From: Novakomyces olei
Lineage: Eukaryota
Assembly (NCBI GenBank): GCA_016906335.1
Contig: JADEYG010000002.1
Location: forward strand, 1,426,001-1,490,000
Direction of reading: 5' to 3'
DNA length: 64,000 nt
In this document: positions 13,896-27,970 of the stretch, in pieces
How positions within the stretch are numbered: the stretch's first letter is position 1
Layout: each line of letters opens with the position of its first letter
Program-made: the position numbers and the translations under genes
Notes under the pieces: generated by a model
Databases searched by the model: none
What the model saw: the letters and a program-made list of their open reading frames with translations, nothing else
What the model was told of the DNA's origin: nothing

Positions 13896-14167
13896 AGGGT
13901 TCACGAAATTAAGATATTATATCAGCTGAAAGCGTTTGCATTTTCACCATATTAATCCGTGAGATTTACTCTTTGTTTTTAATCGATAAATCATATCGTG
14001 TCTTTGTGCAAAAGCATTATCGTTAAAATTTCACTTGATTCTGAATTTGAGATTCTGAATTTACGTGATTCTGATATCACTGATCTATCAAACCAAATAC
14101 ATAAAGGAGAGATGAATTTGTTGCCAAAGATCTACTGCTTTAGCGTTATCTGCACACACCTTGTATT

Positions 14168-14802
14168 CTATTTTGTGACGCTTGGTGGCAGCTTTGCGCC
14201 TGGTATCCGATACCCCCGTTTTGCCAGGTATTTAACTATTGGCGGGGTTATAGCCGCTGTTAGGGGTAGCCGAACCTGTAATCAATACACTGCCAAATCT
14301 CCAAACTACATACCAAATTCAGAACCTTGTGAATACCGTAAGCAATAACAAACTCTGTCCAGAAACTTCTCTTGCCCTCTTCGAGCGAAGCGGCGTCCGT
14401 CGGTGCCGACGGTGATGGTTCGCGACCAAATATTGAGTAAACGTAATTCAGTGCGTCTTTTGCCTTTTGCTCGATAGGCGCAATTGTTTCTGCAGGCAGA
14501 TTATGCACAGCCAGAAACGAAGCACCCAGATCAAGGACGGAAAGTGTGGCGTATATAATTATGGCCGGAGTTCCATACTTTTGAAACATGGAAGGCTCTT
14601 TCTTTTTAGGGGATTGTGCTGTTGAATTTGCTCGCGCACAAGGTCTAAGCCGTACATACTGCAGCCTTGTCCGTGTGAACTGTGTCACTGGCCGCTCTGC
14701 CAATCTTGGATGCAAAAGTCTAGTTGCTTGTCCGGCGAATGGCAGAGACTGCGGTTTCAGTAATGCGCAAATGATCTGCGGACGGATGTTCCGGGCCAAC
14801 AT
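14168..14802 (-). CDS. FAM210/DUF1279 mitochondrial membrane protein (yeast Nat2-like); one 38-nt intron near 14277-14314
   Basis: Presequence-like N-terminus, KYGTPAIIIYATLSVLD and EFVIAYGIHK, spliced to VRLPLTAAITPPIVKYL. Confidence 0.82.
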
Positions 14803-15856
14803 CGTGCTGCTGCTGACAGACTATAGTCCCAAGAAGGGTCCGGCTCGGTGTGCAATGAGACCCCCGATTTTATTATATATGATTATTAGACTGAATACGC
14901 AATATTACCTGTCGCTTGTATACATTATTGTCTGACATTAAATTATTGTATACATTAATTATACCATTAATTATACCATTAAATTATTGTATGACAAAAA
15001 TAATCACAGTTCCAGAGTGCTATTTATTTATTATGTGTCTTTTCGATTGAATGTGAGCAATGACGCATTGTTTCCATGCAACTGAACAGTCGTTAGAAGT
15101 ATACATTGCGATAAAGAATTTTGTTTGTAATGATTGAATCTGAATATGTAAGACCTTTGTCTTGTACGCCAGCATGCCTATAAGAGTATTTCGTCTATAC
15201 ATTGGCAAACGTACACTGCTCCAGAGTGTAAAGTAGAGAAATGAATGTTCTTTAAGCCGAATGCAACGATTACAAATGAACCTGGACGACTACTCTTCAG
15301 TGGTTAAAAAGCTCCCGCCATGCAAGAAAAACACTTGATTTGGGCTGATACATTGTGCGGATTTTATCTTATTCTAATTTTATTCTCGTTTCATTTTTTA
15401 TTTTTATTTAATTCTATTTCTATTTTTATATTGTCGCACTAGGTTGCAATTCATTTTAGACCACTTATAACCATAGAACATACGAAAACATTTTCATAAA
15501 CAGAGTAAAAGCGGTATATAGCCCGTCTGGTATCTCAACAAGTCGTATATCTACAATTATTCAAATGTCTAGTGCGCTTTTGAGAGAAATAGATCGGAAA
15601 TTCTTGCAGCATGTGACTGGCAGCGTCGGTCGCTCGTATAGGATTGGAAATCCATACACTATATATCCCATACATTATTTATAAGTGATGAACTGGCGCC
15701 CATAACGATACAGCAACACCATCAAATTATCGTCTCTTTATTATAATACTCAGCTGAAACACCAGAAAACCCTGGTCCGGCTTATCGCAGCGATCTAGGA
15801 ATAGATATTTTTTTTTGGAGCAGTATTCGATTTTAGGTGCACAAGGAGCAAAGAGC

Positions 15857-17772
15857 ATGACGCGCGATATGGCGGCGGAAGAGAGTGCAGATCCCGCTTT
15901 ACTTTCAAACAACAGTGCTGACGGATGGGTAATTCAAAAATTTGGAGGCACTTCAGTAGGAAAATTTCCGGACAGAATTGCTCTTGATGTAATAAAGTGA
16001 GTCTCCCAAAATAATCATGGACATAAACTAAACGAACGCGCAGGCCTTATCTTTTGCAAAATAAAGTGGCAATCGTCTGCTCTGCCCGCAGCAGCGATAC
16101 AAAAGCCGAAGGAACTACAAATCGGTATGTTTTTTTCGTAAGCATTGGAGCAATCACAATGATTGTTTTTCTTCATTGCATTGGCCTCTATGCCATCATT
16201 ACCTTGGGTCTAATTGTACAGTCTTTTAGCCGCAGCAAAAGCCGCGTTAGAAGGGGCCGATTACCGCAAAATTGTCAAGTCAATCATAGAAGACCACGAG
16301 CAGGCAGCACGCAAATTTGTACGAGATGCTGCAATTCGAAAGCAGCTCGATGCCGAACTCGAGTATGAATGTGGACATCTGGAAGACTTTTTGCGGGCTG
16401 CACAGGTATTAGAGGAAATCAGCCCAAAGACAAAGGATATAATTGTCGCAACAGGCGAGAAGCTGAGCTGCCGGTTCATGACTGCAGTTCTTCGAGACAG
16501 GGTAGGATATCGACATTTCCTTATCACCTTTATTTTCAAACATTTGTCTGCCTTTTTCCTACAATTTTATTTTATATTCTTTTATTTGCTGAATTTGTTA
16601 CAACAAAATTTGGATATATACGTTTGTCTATTTTTCTATGCATATACTCATCGCCCTTCATTCAATTGCACTTGTTCCTAACAAAATAGGGCATTGACGC
16701 AGCGTACGTATCCGTCGATCATGTTGTCCCGGTGGACTATGAGATAAAAAGTGGAGGCCTTGACCACTCTTTTTACCTCAGTGTGGCTAAAGAGATGAAG
16801 CAGGCAATCGCCAAAACGGGAGCAAAAGTTCCGGTAATTACGGGTTTCTTTGGTATAGTACCCGGTAGTCTTTTAAACCAAATTGGACGCGGATATACTG
16901 ATCTTTGCGCTGCCCTTATTGCTATCGCGCTGGGCGCTGATGAGCTCCAAATTTGGAAAGAAGTTGACGGGATTTTTACAGCCGATCCAAGAAAAGTTCC
17001 TACAGCCCGGCTTCTCCCTCGCATTACGCCAGACGAGGCAGCAGAGTTGACTTACTATGGCAGTGAAGTCATCCATCCTTTTACGATGGAACAGGTTATC
17101 AAGGAGCGTATACCCATAAGAATAAAGAACGTTGAAAACCCGACCGGAGAGGGAACAGTGATTTTCCCGGACAATATGGCTCGAAACGGGGCAGAGACGC
17201 CGCCTCACCCACCTAAAACGCTGAGTGACTCGTTTGAAGACTTCTCTGCTACTCGAGCCCCAACTGCCGTCACAATTAAAGACAGTATTCTTGTCATCAA
17301 CGTACAATCTAACCGGAAAATTGTATCTCACGGGTTTTTTGCCAGTATTTTTCGGGTACTGGACAAATATTGCGTAGTGGTGGATCTGATTTCCACGTCT
17401 GAAGTCCATATTTCTATGGCTCTGAATGCCGATGTGCACGAGCATGATTTAAAGCCTGCACTTGACGAATTAAGGCTAGTTGGATCGGTAGATGTGTTGC
17501 GTAACATGGCAATTTTGAGTTTGGTGGGCAAGCAAATGAAGAATATGATTGGTGTTGCTGGTAAAATGTTCAGTACATTGGCCAGCGCAAACATCAACAT
17601 GGAAATGATCAGCCAAGGTGCGTCTGAAATAAATATATCTTGCGTCATCAATGAATCTGACGCTATAAAAGCTCTGAGTGTTATTCACCAACAGCTTTTG
17701 AACCCGGCAAATCAAGAAATATCTGCATTTTCAGCAATCGTGAACGATAGACCTTGGCTATTAAGGGGCTGA
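15857..17772 (+). CDS. HOM3: Aspartate kinase, 4 exons
   Basis: WVIQKFGGTSVG, IVCSARS, GRGYTDLCAAL, WKEVDGIFTADPRKVP and ACT domains (EMISQGASEINISCVI). Confidence 0.96.
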
Positions 17773-17906
17773 GCGCGAAACGGCAATTGCCATGGAACAG
17801 GGTAAACAGAAAAAGTTGGGAGTTTTTGGGCATATGTGTATCTAATTCAATAATACCCGGATTTAACTTTAATCTGTCTTTAAGAGTAGGTTATGGAAGG
17901 ATGGAC

Positions 17907-18073
<167 letters not shown>

Positions 18074-18184
18074 CAATTACACATTCTTTACTCTATCAGC
18101 GAGGGCATGTGGTACAACAACACTTTCCATTAAAACGAATAAAACGACCTACTCTAAACACCGTATATTACCAAACAATACACA

Positions 18185-20107
18185 CTAATCCTGCTTCTTG
18201 CTACGCTGGCGATCAAGCAGCCGACGGCGGCGACGTAACAAATCCGCTTCATCCTGCTTGGCCTTGTTGCTGTAGATCATCTTGCTGTATAATTTCTTTT
18301 GCTTGTTTGTCATCATTCCCCGCGCTAGTTCTTTGGCTTCTGCATCCTCCTTCTCTGTTGCAGACATCTTCTTGCCCACCTTCTTGCCTCGGCGTTTATC
18401 CGTTTTACCCGACGAATAAGGGACTCCACGGATCTCTGCATCGAGTTCCTTTTGAGCTCGGCGATCATCTTCATCTTCATCGTCATCGCCATCATCTTCA
18501 TTATTATCAGCATCGCCTTCTGAATCGACTTGCTCTTGGCCGTCAATCGCTTGCGCATTAGGGTTATCGATAGCGGTATCAGTTTCGTCTTCCTCATCTT
18601 GTGCGGTATCGATTGAAGGCTCTTGTGGATCATAAACGTGAGGAGCCATCTGCACAAACGGACTCAAGTGGGGCGGAAGAAGAGCACCGACGCCGTACCG
18701 ATCAGTCGGCAGCAGTGTCTGCTGATTTATACAGTCGTAAACGTACTGAGGCTGCACGTACTGCCGACCAGGCCGGATCTCTGCAATCGCAGGCCGATCC
18801 ACAATCTGGTGAGTAATCATACTGCTGTCCTCGCTCAGAGGTGGCGATCCACCCAGCACTGGATCCCAAGAGACGGAGCCGCCAAAAGACCGAATGGCAA
18901 ATTCCAGAGTGTACCGAGGCGTCTCCCGGGACAAGTAGAAGGTTTGACCGTTAAAGAGCTGAGAGTTGCTCGACGATACCAAGGCAGTCGTAGCGTCCTG
19001 TGTGCCTGATCCATCCTCGTTTTCAACAGCTCCAAACTTATCCAGCTGCTCTTCCTGATCAGAGACGTCCGAGTCCTGCTCCTCTTGCGCACCCTCTGCT
19101 TCAAGAGACCCGTCCGAGTCCGCCAAGATTCGGTTGGGCAGACTGGCAGCCCGGCGTTTCGTCTCCCTCACAAGTTTTCGTAACTGCTTTTTGGTAGCCG
19201 CCTCACTATCGCCATCGCCGTTATCCACATGCCCAGCCCTTGCATCCAACCGCAAAGCTGTAGTCTCCACCTCATAAGCACCCAATCCAGCTGCGTTTTC
19301 GTCCTTTTCAATGTTCAGTTTTGGCGGGTACACCAGCCCAAAGTCCGTGTAGAGCTTGTAGTTGACGAACCCCAAAAAAGTCTGGTAAAGTTCGAGGAAA
19401 GTCAGCATTATCCTCATATCCACATCGCTCGGGACTCGCTGGGAAAACTTGTACGGGACGAGCCACGTCACATCCTGGCCCTGGATCTCGGCCTGGTAGT
19501 AGATGCCCTTGACGGATAAAAACACTTTTCTCAGTGAGCGTGAGCGGATCACGTAGTGCTGGAACTCTGCAGCCAAACGCTCACAGTTGCCCACTACGCC
19601 AGACCCAATGCTCTGAGTCACAGGCATATTGGCAAACAAAAACACCATACTCAACGCATCGTCCAGGTCGTTTAGCGCATCATGGAAAGAGGGGTACCGC
19701 TCTTTGATTACATGGTCTAATCGCACTCGCGGCCTCTTGTCCCCCAACGATTTGGCAGCGTGTACGTCTCGTTTGCCTATAGCGTGGGTCAGTCGTTTAG
19801 CAAACGTTTTCTGCGCCCTAAAAGTATTGATTATAGGCTCGTGCAAAAGGAATTGAATGTCTTTGGCATAGTAGAACGTTGCTGGAGCCGAGGATCCCTT
19901 GTTTGCCTTCTTTTTGTTGTGCGGCTCCCTTGGATAGACGCCTTTAAGGATACACAGGCGACGAAAGTCGGCTAAAGTTAACTGCAGTTTCTTGAGCGCC
20001 TGGTTCCGTGTGATATAGTTTTTGGCGGCACCGGCCTCGCCTGTATACTCGTCAGTATTCGTTCATATCCACAATGGCTTTTTACCTTTCTTCTTGACGC
20101 GACCCAT
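18185..20107 (-). CDS. NOP7: Pescadillo homolog (BRCT), 60S biogenesis; intron 20041-20085
   Basis: MGRVKKKGEAGAAKNYITRNQA, DFRRLCILKG, KERYPSF, KGIYYQAEI, QPQYVYD and LPPHLSPF. Confidence 0.96.
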
Positions 20108-20162
20108 TGCGAAGCACTCGTCTCTTTGTCGCAAAAAATTTCAACTTTACTAGTTTTGAATA

Positions 20163-20570
20163 AAAAATTGGGAATAAAATTGGGAATAAAATTGGGAATA
20201 AAATTGGGAATAAAATTGGGAATAAAATTGGGAATAAAATTGGGAATAAAATTGGGAATAAATTGGGAATAAATTTGGGAATAAATTTGGGAATAAATTT
20301 GGGAATAAATTTGGGAATAAATTTGGGAATAAATTTGGGAATAAATTTGGGAATAAAATTGGGAATAAAATTGGGAATAAAATTGGGAATAAAATTGGGA
20401 ATAAAATTGGGAATAAAATTGGGAATAAAATTGGGAATAAAATTGGGAATAAAATTGGGAATAAAATTGGGAATAAAATTGGGAATAAATTGGGAATAAA
20501 ATTGGGAATAAAATTGGGAATAAAATTGGGAATAAAATTGGGAATAAAATTGGGAATAAAATTGGGAATA
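20163..20570. repeat. 12-bp minisatellite (AAAATTGGGAAT) x about 33 in the NOP7/RAD2 divergent promoter
   Basis: Directly visible; includes an internal block of AAATTTGGGAAT variant units. Confidence 0.97.
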
Positions 20571-20846
20571 TAAACTATATATTAATTATAAAAAATTATA
20601 AATAAAATTAATGAATTATAAAATAAAGTTATAAAATTATAAATATACATAAATATAAATTAAATTATGAGCAAATTAGAAATTACGGTTAATTACCAAC
20701 ACAAATGCTATACATTATTACTATGCGTATATTAGGCTTTTATCAAAAATAAAGACAAAATATAAAACAAATAAAATGAAATAGAGAGCAGTACGATCTA
20801 CCCTCGTCTCAGTCGGCCTGGCGAATAGCGCGACAGCCGTCTCAGT

Positions 20847-23800
20847 ATGGGCGTCGTCGGTCTGTGGTCGATACTGGAACCCGCTGGCCGACCAATAAAG
20901 CTCGAGACATTAGCGCGCAAACGGCTGGCGGTTGACGCTTCGATCTGGATCTATCACTTTCTTAAAGCCGTGCGCGATAAAGAGGGCAATCAGCTACGCA
21001 ACAGCCATATTGTGGGCTTTTTCAGGCGTATTGTGAAACTGCTCTTTCATGGCGTCAGTCCCGTGTTTGTCTTTGACGGAGGAGCGCCCGTGCTGAAGCG
21101 GACGACGATAGTTAAACGCAAGGAAAGAAGACAGGGAAGGGAGGAAGATGCTGCTCGTACAGCGGCCAGGCTGCTGGCTATGCAAGTAAGAAAACGAGCC
21201 TCTGCCGCTGCAAATACGGCGGCTGAACGTGCGCCTACTGTAAAAGTGTCAGAAGTGCCTCTGTCAGCGCCGCCGCCTAGAACCATCGATGATAATACAG
21301 TTTACTATGACGAACTAAACTCTGGCGCGGACCAGGCACAGGTCATTGCGGAGCGCAAGCGTCAGCAATTTCGTAAACGTGATCAGTTTGATCTTCCAGC
21401 GATGGAGGGCTCTCTTGAAGAAATAGCACAATCCTCAGACCCAAGGATAGTGACAAGAGACCAACTGGAAAGGCATGCTATGGCCTTCCATAATGGCGAG
21501 GATATCAACCTCTATGATTTCCAAAATATAGACTTTGATTCACAGTTTTTCCGTACCCTTCCCATCACTGATCAGTACAACATACTGAATGCCGCCCGCC
21601 TGCGGTCTCGACTCCGCATGGGTCTGGACAAGACTCAGTTGGAAGCCATGTTCCCTAACCGTCTAGAGTTTTCAAAGTTTCAGGTCGAGCGAGTGAAGGA
21701 AAGGAACGATCTCACTCAGCGCCTAATGAATATGAACGGAATGAATGAGATGGGCGGGAAGCGTATCGCCTCTGATCAGTCAAGGGAATATGTCCTTGTT
21801 AAAAACGAGGGAGCCGATGGCGGGTACGCTTTGGGCATGATTAGCAGTAGCGATAATGTTAAAGGCAGGGCTATGGGCAATGATGAAGGCATAAAAACCC
21901 TTCAGCAAAGCGTGGGGTCGAGGATGGAGAGACCCATGCTCGTTGATGACGACGATGAGGGGGTCCAGACTTCCGAGTCTGATGAAGATGACGATTTTGA
22001 AGACGTGCCTATCCCCGGCGTCAATCGCCTAGCTGAAAGATCGATTGCTGTTCCAGTAGTGCAATTTGCAGGGCAGTACGACTCGGCGGACGAAGATTTG
22101 CAGCAGGGACCCTTGAATTCGGTTTTAGAGTCTTCAAGCAATATTGAAAAGCCCCTGTTTCACAACTTTGAAGACATCCTGGAGACAAACGCATTTACGG
22201 AGCGTGAACGGCAGCAGTTTGCTCAACGCAGTGACCAAGTCCTGGACAGCCCTGTAGCGCCTATTCCTCAAGCTTTAGAGACCAGTTCAAAGATGCAAAA
22301 CAAACGGCAGCACTTCGCCGAGCCTGGCAAAGTGGGGCCGATAATGATGCTGGAGGACGAGCCAGATGCAGACGACAAGACTGGGCTGAAAGGCGACGCT
22401 GCTAGACTGAAACAGAGCGAAAGCGAGCCGGCAATAGATTTGACAGATCAGGAGGCGACAAGCACGTCTTACCCAGAAACTTTTTACGGGAAGGATTCAA
22501 CTGCAAAAGCCTCCGCAGGGAATCCAGGTCCAGCTGTTAATATCAGCCTTGAAATCGAGGATGATGAACGTGCAGGTAAAGCAGAGAAAAGTGACGAGTC
22601 TACGAATCCGCCAGCAGAGCAAGCAGTCTTAAAGCCAGCGGAAAAGGATACGGCTCAACTTGTTGAAGCAGGAGAGTTGCCGCTTGCCGGGCAACGCTTG
22701 GGCTTGAAAGATTATACTCTTCAAGAGCCCAAAGGTACGACGGACGTCAACGACGAGTCTCCTTATAAAGCTGATCAAATTAACCGTAAACCCGCGCAGT
22801 CCATCACTGCCCCGGTCTTGAGTCTGGATGATGATGATGATGATGACACAAGCAATGATCTTGGCATTAAATGGGAAAACAAAGACCAAGGCGTGAATTT
22901 TCTTGAGCAAGATCAAGCAGAGCCAGCGACTGAGCCTCTCAATGAGCCCGGGCTGCATGAGACTGGAGCGCAGTTTGAGACTGGAGCGCATGTCAAACGT
23001 GAGCCGGAGACTGATTCGCAAGAGGCCCTAAGCCCAGCAACTGCAGGCGCATTGACTGTCTCATCGCCGGCCAAAGAGGCAGCTGTTGACCGGCAAGACG
23101 ACGACAATTTTATGGCAGAAAATGACGACGAAGAAAAGCTGATGCTACAGATTGCTCAAGAGGCAGAAGAGTATTCACGGTTTGCCAGAGAGATTGCTTC
23201 AGGTGCCAACAGGACCTCAACTGGCGCGAGCAAAAGCTCAGACTTCGAGTCTGATCTGAAAGAGCTGCGAGCGCAGAGACGTAAAGATCTACGGGACGCT
23301 GATGAGGTTACACAGATTATGATTAAAGAATGCCAGGAGCTTTTACGATTATTCGGACTGCCCTATATTACTGCGCCAATGGAAGCAGAGGCTCAGTGTG
23401 CAGAACTTGTCCGCCTCGGCCTGGTCGATGGGATTGTTACTGATGATTCCGATGTTTTTCTCTTTGGTGGGAATCGTGTGTACAAAAACATGTTCAACAG
23501 TGCAAAGTACGTGGAGTGCTACGTGTTTGCCGACTTGGAGCGTGAGTTTGGGCTCGACCGGTCCCGATTGATCCGGCTGGCAAGCTTGCTTGGGAGCGAT
23601 TATGCTGAAGGGCTTCCGCGGGTGGGACCTGTAACTGCGCTTGAGATCATTGGAGAATTTCCGGGCGAAGAAGGACTGAGCGATTTCAAGGCCTGGGCCA
23701 AACGAGTACAGACAGGAAGGCTTCAGGACAATGACCTGGACTCTTTTCTGCGTAAAAAGTTGGCCAAAGCAGTGATAAAGACGACTTTTCCTCCGGATTA

Positions 23801-24143
23801 CAATAGTCCCGAGATCGAAAAGGCCTACATGCACCCAGCTGTCGATGATTCGCCGGAGGAGTTTCAATGGGGGGTTCCAGACTTGGACGGCTTACGCAAG
23901 TTTCTCATGGCAACGATCGGATGGTCAGTTGAGCGTACAAACGAGATCTTGCTGCCAGTTATTAGGGACATGCATCGCAAGCAGACGGAAGGCTTGCAGG
24001 CAAATATGCCCATGTTTTTCAAGGCGAATTCTGGGTCGGGTGTAGTGGCAGCTGCTCCACATGAAAGGTATAAGTTTCGCAGTAAGCGGTTTGAGAATGC
24101 TATGCATTCATTACGGCCTGCGGATAAGAGGACAAAGCTTTAG
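20847..24143 (+). CDS. RAD2: XPG-family nucleotide excision repair endonuclease (Rad2/Rad13)
   Basis: N-domain MGVVGLW, AVDASIW and VFVFDG; long spacer; I-domain APMEAEAQCA, TDDSDVFLFG and LLGSDY. Confidence 0.95.
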   Translation: MGVVGLWSILEPAGRPIKLETLARKRLAVDASIWIYHFLKAVRDKEGNQLRNSHIVGFFRRIVKLLFHGVSPVFVFDGGAPVLKRTTIVKRKERRQGREEDAARTAARLLAMQVRKRASAAANTAAERAPTVKVSEVPLSAPPPRTIDDNTVYYDELNSGADQAQVIAERKRQQFRKRDQFDLPAMEGSLEEIAQSSDPRIVTRDQLERHAMAFHNGEDINLYDFQNIDFDSQFFRTLPITDQYNILNAARLRSRLRMGLDKTQLEAMFPNRLEFSKFQVERVKERNDLTQRLMNMNGMNEMGGKRIASDQSREYVLVKNEGADGGYALGMISSSDNVKGRAMGNDEGIKTLQQSVGSRMERPMLVDDDDEGVQTSESDEDDDFEDVPIPGVNRLAERSIAVPVVQFAGQYDSADEDLQQGPLNSVLESSSNIEKPLFHNFEDILETNAFTERERQQFAQRSDQVLDSPVAPIPQALETSSKMQNKRQHFAEPGKVGPIMMLEDEPDADDKTGLKGDAARLKQSESEPAIDLTDQEATSTSYPETFYGKDSTAKASAGNPGPAVNISLEIEDDERAGKAEKSDESTNPPAEQAVLKPAEKDTAQLVEAGELPLAGQRLGLKDYTLQEPKGTTDVNDESPYKADQINRKPAQSITAPVLSLDDDDDDDTSNDLGIKWENKDQGVNFLEQDQAEPATEPLNEPGLHETGAQFETGAHVKREPETDSQEALSPATAGALTVSSPAKEAAVDRQDDDNFMAENDDEEKLMLQIAQEAEEYSRFAREIASGANRTSTGASKSSDFESDLKELRAQRRKDLRDADEVTQIMIKECQELLRLFGLPYITAPMEAEAQCAELVRLGLVDGIVTDDSDVFLFGGNRVYKNMFNSAKYVECYVFADLEREFGLDRSRLIRLASLLGSDYAEGLPRVGPVTALEIIGEFPGEEGLSDFKAWAKRVQTGRLQDNDLDSFLRKKLAKAVIKTTFPPDYNSPEIEKAYMHPAVDDSPEEFQWGVPDLDGLRKFLMATIGWSVERTNEILLPVIRDMHRKQTEGLQANMPMFFKANSGSGVVAAAPHERYKFRSKRFENAMHSLRPADKRTKL

Positions 24144-25143
24144 GGAAACAAAGAAGGGAGCAAAAGAATGGGAACAAGACAAAGGGTATAATCAAAGTGT
24201 ATAAATTTGGTGTATAAAAAAAATTGACAAAAAGTGCGACAAGAGAACAAAAATGAAAGAGAACCTTACACAGGACAAATTGGTTTGTGCTATAAAGCAA
24301 TCTAGTGTGGCTGGAAATACCCCGGGAATGGTGTCGCAGGTTGAATATTTTGGAGATGTACAGTTGATAGATTATGTATTTAATATGAAAATTCATGGCC
24401 GTCCATGATCAGTGGTGCTTGACGGCGTTTGTGCGATTAAAAAATTTGTAAGCATTACAGATCTGTAAGAGATACACTCCATGATAGAGGCAGAATATCT
24501 ATTAAAATGTTTAATTGCAACAAGACAGTCATTTGAAGGCGGCGTATCAGAGTACAGTCTGACGACAGGCACAACTCTAAGCAAAATCGCCTTAGAATCA
24601 GCCTCGGGTCTTGGATATTCTGCAGTCTTGCAGCTCTGCTCACGTGACAATGTGCCGATATATTATCAACACAATTTTAGGGTTAGTAAGGGTTAACTTC
24701 ACGTCAGTCGAAGATCACGCTTCCAAGCAAATACTGCATTCAGTATAACTTGTATATGGAATCCATTTTGATCTAATCTTGCCGATAATTAAACGACGAT
24801 TAGATAAAGCGCACCGTACGATACTTTAATTAATAACGTATGATTTGTGGTACGAGATTCCTTTGTGCGATAGCAGTGCAATTTTATAGAGTCGCGTAGA
24901 ATTTATTTTACCTAAATTTATTCTATAATCTTATTTATTTTATAGTCTTATTATTTTAAAATCTTTTTAATTTTGTAGTCTTACTATTCTGTAATCCTAT
25001 TTATTTATTATTTTGTAATCGTTATTTGATAATCTTTGTGATATTGGCAAAATATTAGAGGCAAATGTGTTTTCGGTGTATATTTATTATACGAAACTAG
25101 AGTATTAAGCGTTATGTAGCCCCATCTTTATCTATTCCATCAG

Positions 25144-25163
25144 CCAATCAAGTGGCTCGCAAT
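25144..25163 (+). promoter_or_regulatory. CCAAT box matching the bipartite CSAAT-N12-RWT (CBC/HapX-type) motif upstream of the iron GATA gene
   Basis: CCAAT + CAAGTGGCTCGC + AAT, about 110 bp upstream of ATG 25255. Confidence 0.45.
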
Positions 25164-25254
25164 AAGCGTAATATACATTACACAAGGCTCAAGACCGCAC
25201 GTACGAATAAACGTACAGGTGCCGAGTCGACGCGCAGGCTCTGAGCATAGTATA

Positions 25255-26636
25255 ATGTCTTCTGGGCTCGTATGTGCCAACTGCGGCACTACCAAGACTC
25301 CGCTTTGGCGGAGATCGCCGACAAACGAGACCATCTGTAACGCCTGCGGGCTTTACTTTCGCGCCAAGAAGCTTTCGCGACCGGCTCACCTTCGCCGAAC
25401 AGCAGACTCTGGCTCAGAGATTCAGCCACACCCGAACGGAACCTGTCCCGGTGGAGGGTTCTGCGACGGAACGGGAGGCAGTGCCGGCTGCGACGGGTGC
25501 CCTACGTATAATAATCGTAAAGCAGCACGGAAACGCAGCCAGTCGCCTTCGGACGATGAAGTAGCACAGCACTTTACTGATACTGCCGGCAGCGTTGCCG
25601 GTGGCAACTCGGGCAGCACTGCGGAAGAACTCACGTGCGTAAACTGTGGGACTACGAATACTCCACTATGGCGCCGAGATGCGGAAGGGCATCCGACGTG
25701 TAATGCTTGTGGTAAGCAAGACCCTGACAAATGGAAAGAAGAGCAATAAAGAAGAATAAAAGAAGAGGGAAGAGTGAAACAAGACGGGGGGCAGTATATA
25801 AAGAAAGAAAAAGAGAAAGACAACGAGAAAAAAGGAAAAGAGAAAAAGGAAAAAGAGTAAAAGAGAAAAGGGACAAAGAGGCAAAAGAAAAAGGAAAAGA
25901 GACAAAAACGCAAGCTAAACACTCATTCTAATCATTTAAAAATAAAAAAAAAAATCTTTATTTGAGATACTAATATCCAGGACTGTACTATAAACTGCAC
26001 GGCCGAGCGCGGCCGAACCGTATGAAGAAAAATGTAATAAAACGGAGGAAACGTATGATTGCGCACGAATCACCGCTCCACGTTCTCTCGTCTGTGGCCG
26101 CAGATTCACGCGACTCAGAAACGGCAAAAGATGGGACCGAGCTCAAACCTGAGATCGGGTCGGGAGAGGTTTCCGGCAGCCCACGTAACGTTCGATCGGG
26201 GACGCCTCCCGAGACTCCAGCACCAGCAAATGCAGGCGAAACTATGCGACGCCGAGTACCTTTGCTTTACCCGGAACTGCCTCCGCTCCAAGTCCATGCA
26301 AACGCGGTACCGCTTCCGACACGGAATCGGATGCTGCCAAATATCAAAGAGCAAATGCTACCCGGTATCAAAGACCATTTGCCTCAGCTGGACGGTATGA
26401 GCCCGGCTCACGGGTCCGGCCTGGAGTCCTATAGATCACACACACGTATTCTGCCTAAGCAAGCGCAAGAAGAAGTAAAGGGGACTGATCCCGGACTAGA
26501 CGATCTGCAGCTGCAGCAGCTACAACGGGAACGAGAGCAGCTAGCGGATCGGCTCAAGAGGATAGAAAGCATGATAAAGCTGGGTGGGCAAACAACAAAG
26601 GAGATGGCCTCCCCGAAAATTGCAGAGAGGGTGTAG
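25255..26636 (+). CDS. Iron-responsive GATA repressor (SreA/Fep1/Urbs1 type); intron 25712-25980
   Basis: Two CxNC-TxTPLWRR-CNACGLY fingers flank the Cys-rich GTCPGGGFCDGTGGSAGCDGCPTYNNR; C-terminal coiled coil. Confidence 0.92.
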
Positions 26637-26931
26637 CATTTGTGTGCATTTGTAACAGGACAAAACTGAAAAATAGCGATAATTTGAGGTGGGCGAAGGC
26701 TTATTAATGTTCATTTACTATACTAAAACCATCTATTTAATATCATTTATTTAATAATGGTGTCTGAGTATACTCCTGTCGGGTATGACATGATTTAGTA
26801 GAAGCGTAATGCTTTGGTTTTCGTGTATCGCGTATCGTGTGATACGTATGATCCAATATTCCAGCGGGTATCGAGTTTCCTCTGCTTGCAAGTATAATAT
26901 GTACAAAAACTGTTTTTGCGCATGTGATTGA

Positions 26932-27733
<802 letters not shown>

Positions 27734-27852
27734 GATGGCTGCAAGGATGAAGGACAGTTAATAATTTAGTAATATTAATAAAATAGTAATTATAAAAAAC
27801 AAAAACTATACCATATATTATGATCTTCTGCCATATATATGTGAAATATACA

Positions 27853-27932
27853 AAATAAAATAAAATAAAATAACATAAAATAATATAAAATAATATAAAA
27901 TAATATAAAATAATATAAAATAATATAAATAA
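27853..27932. repeat. AT-rich 5/10-bp repeat (AAAATAATAT)n in the POP4/MRPL32 divergent spacer
   Basis: Directly visible. Confidence 0.85.
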
Positions 27933-27970
27933 ATTCTTTGCAGCTGCAAAATTACGACTCTCCATCGACA

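Noticed and set aside
14940..15850. Possible small gene, snoRNA or uORF (MNWRP*) in the spacer before HOM3
   Set aside because: No coherent exon structure or box motifs. The short uORF sits next to a TATA-like word and probably lies upstream of the TSS.
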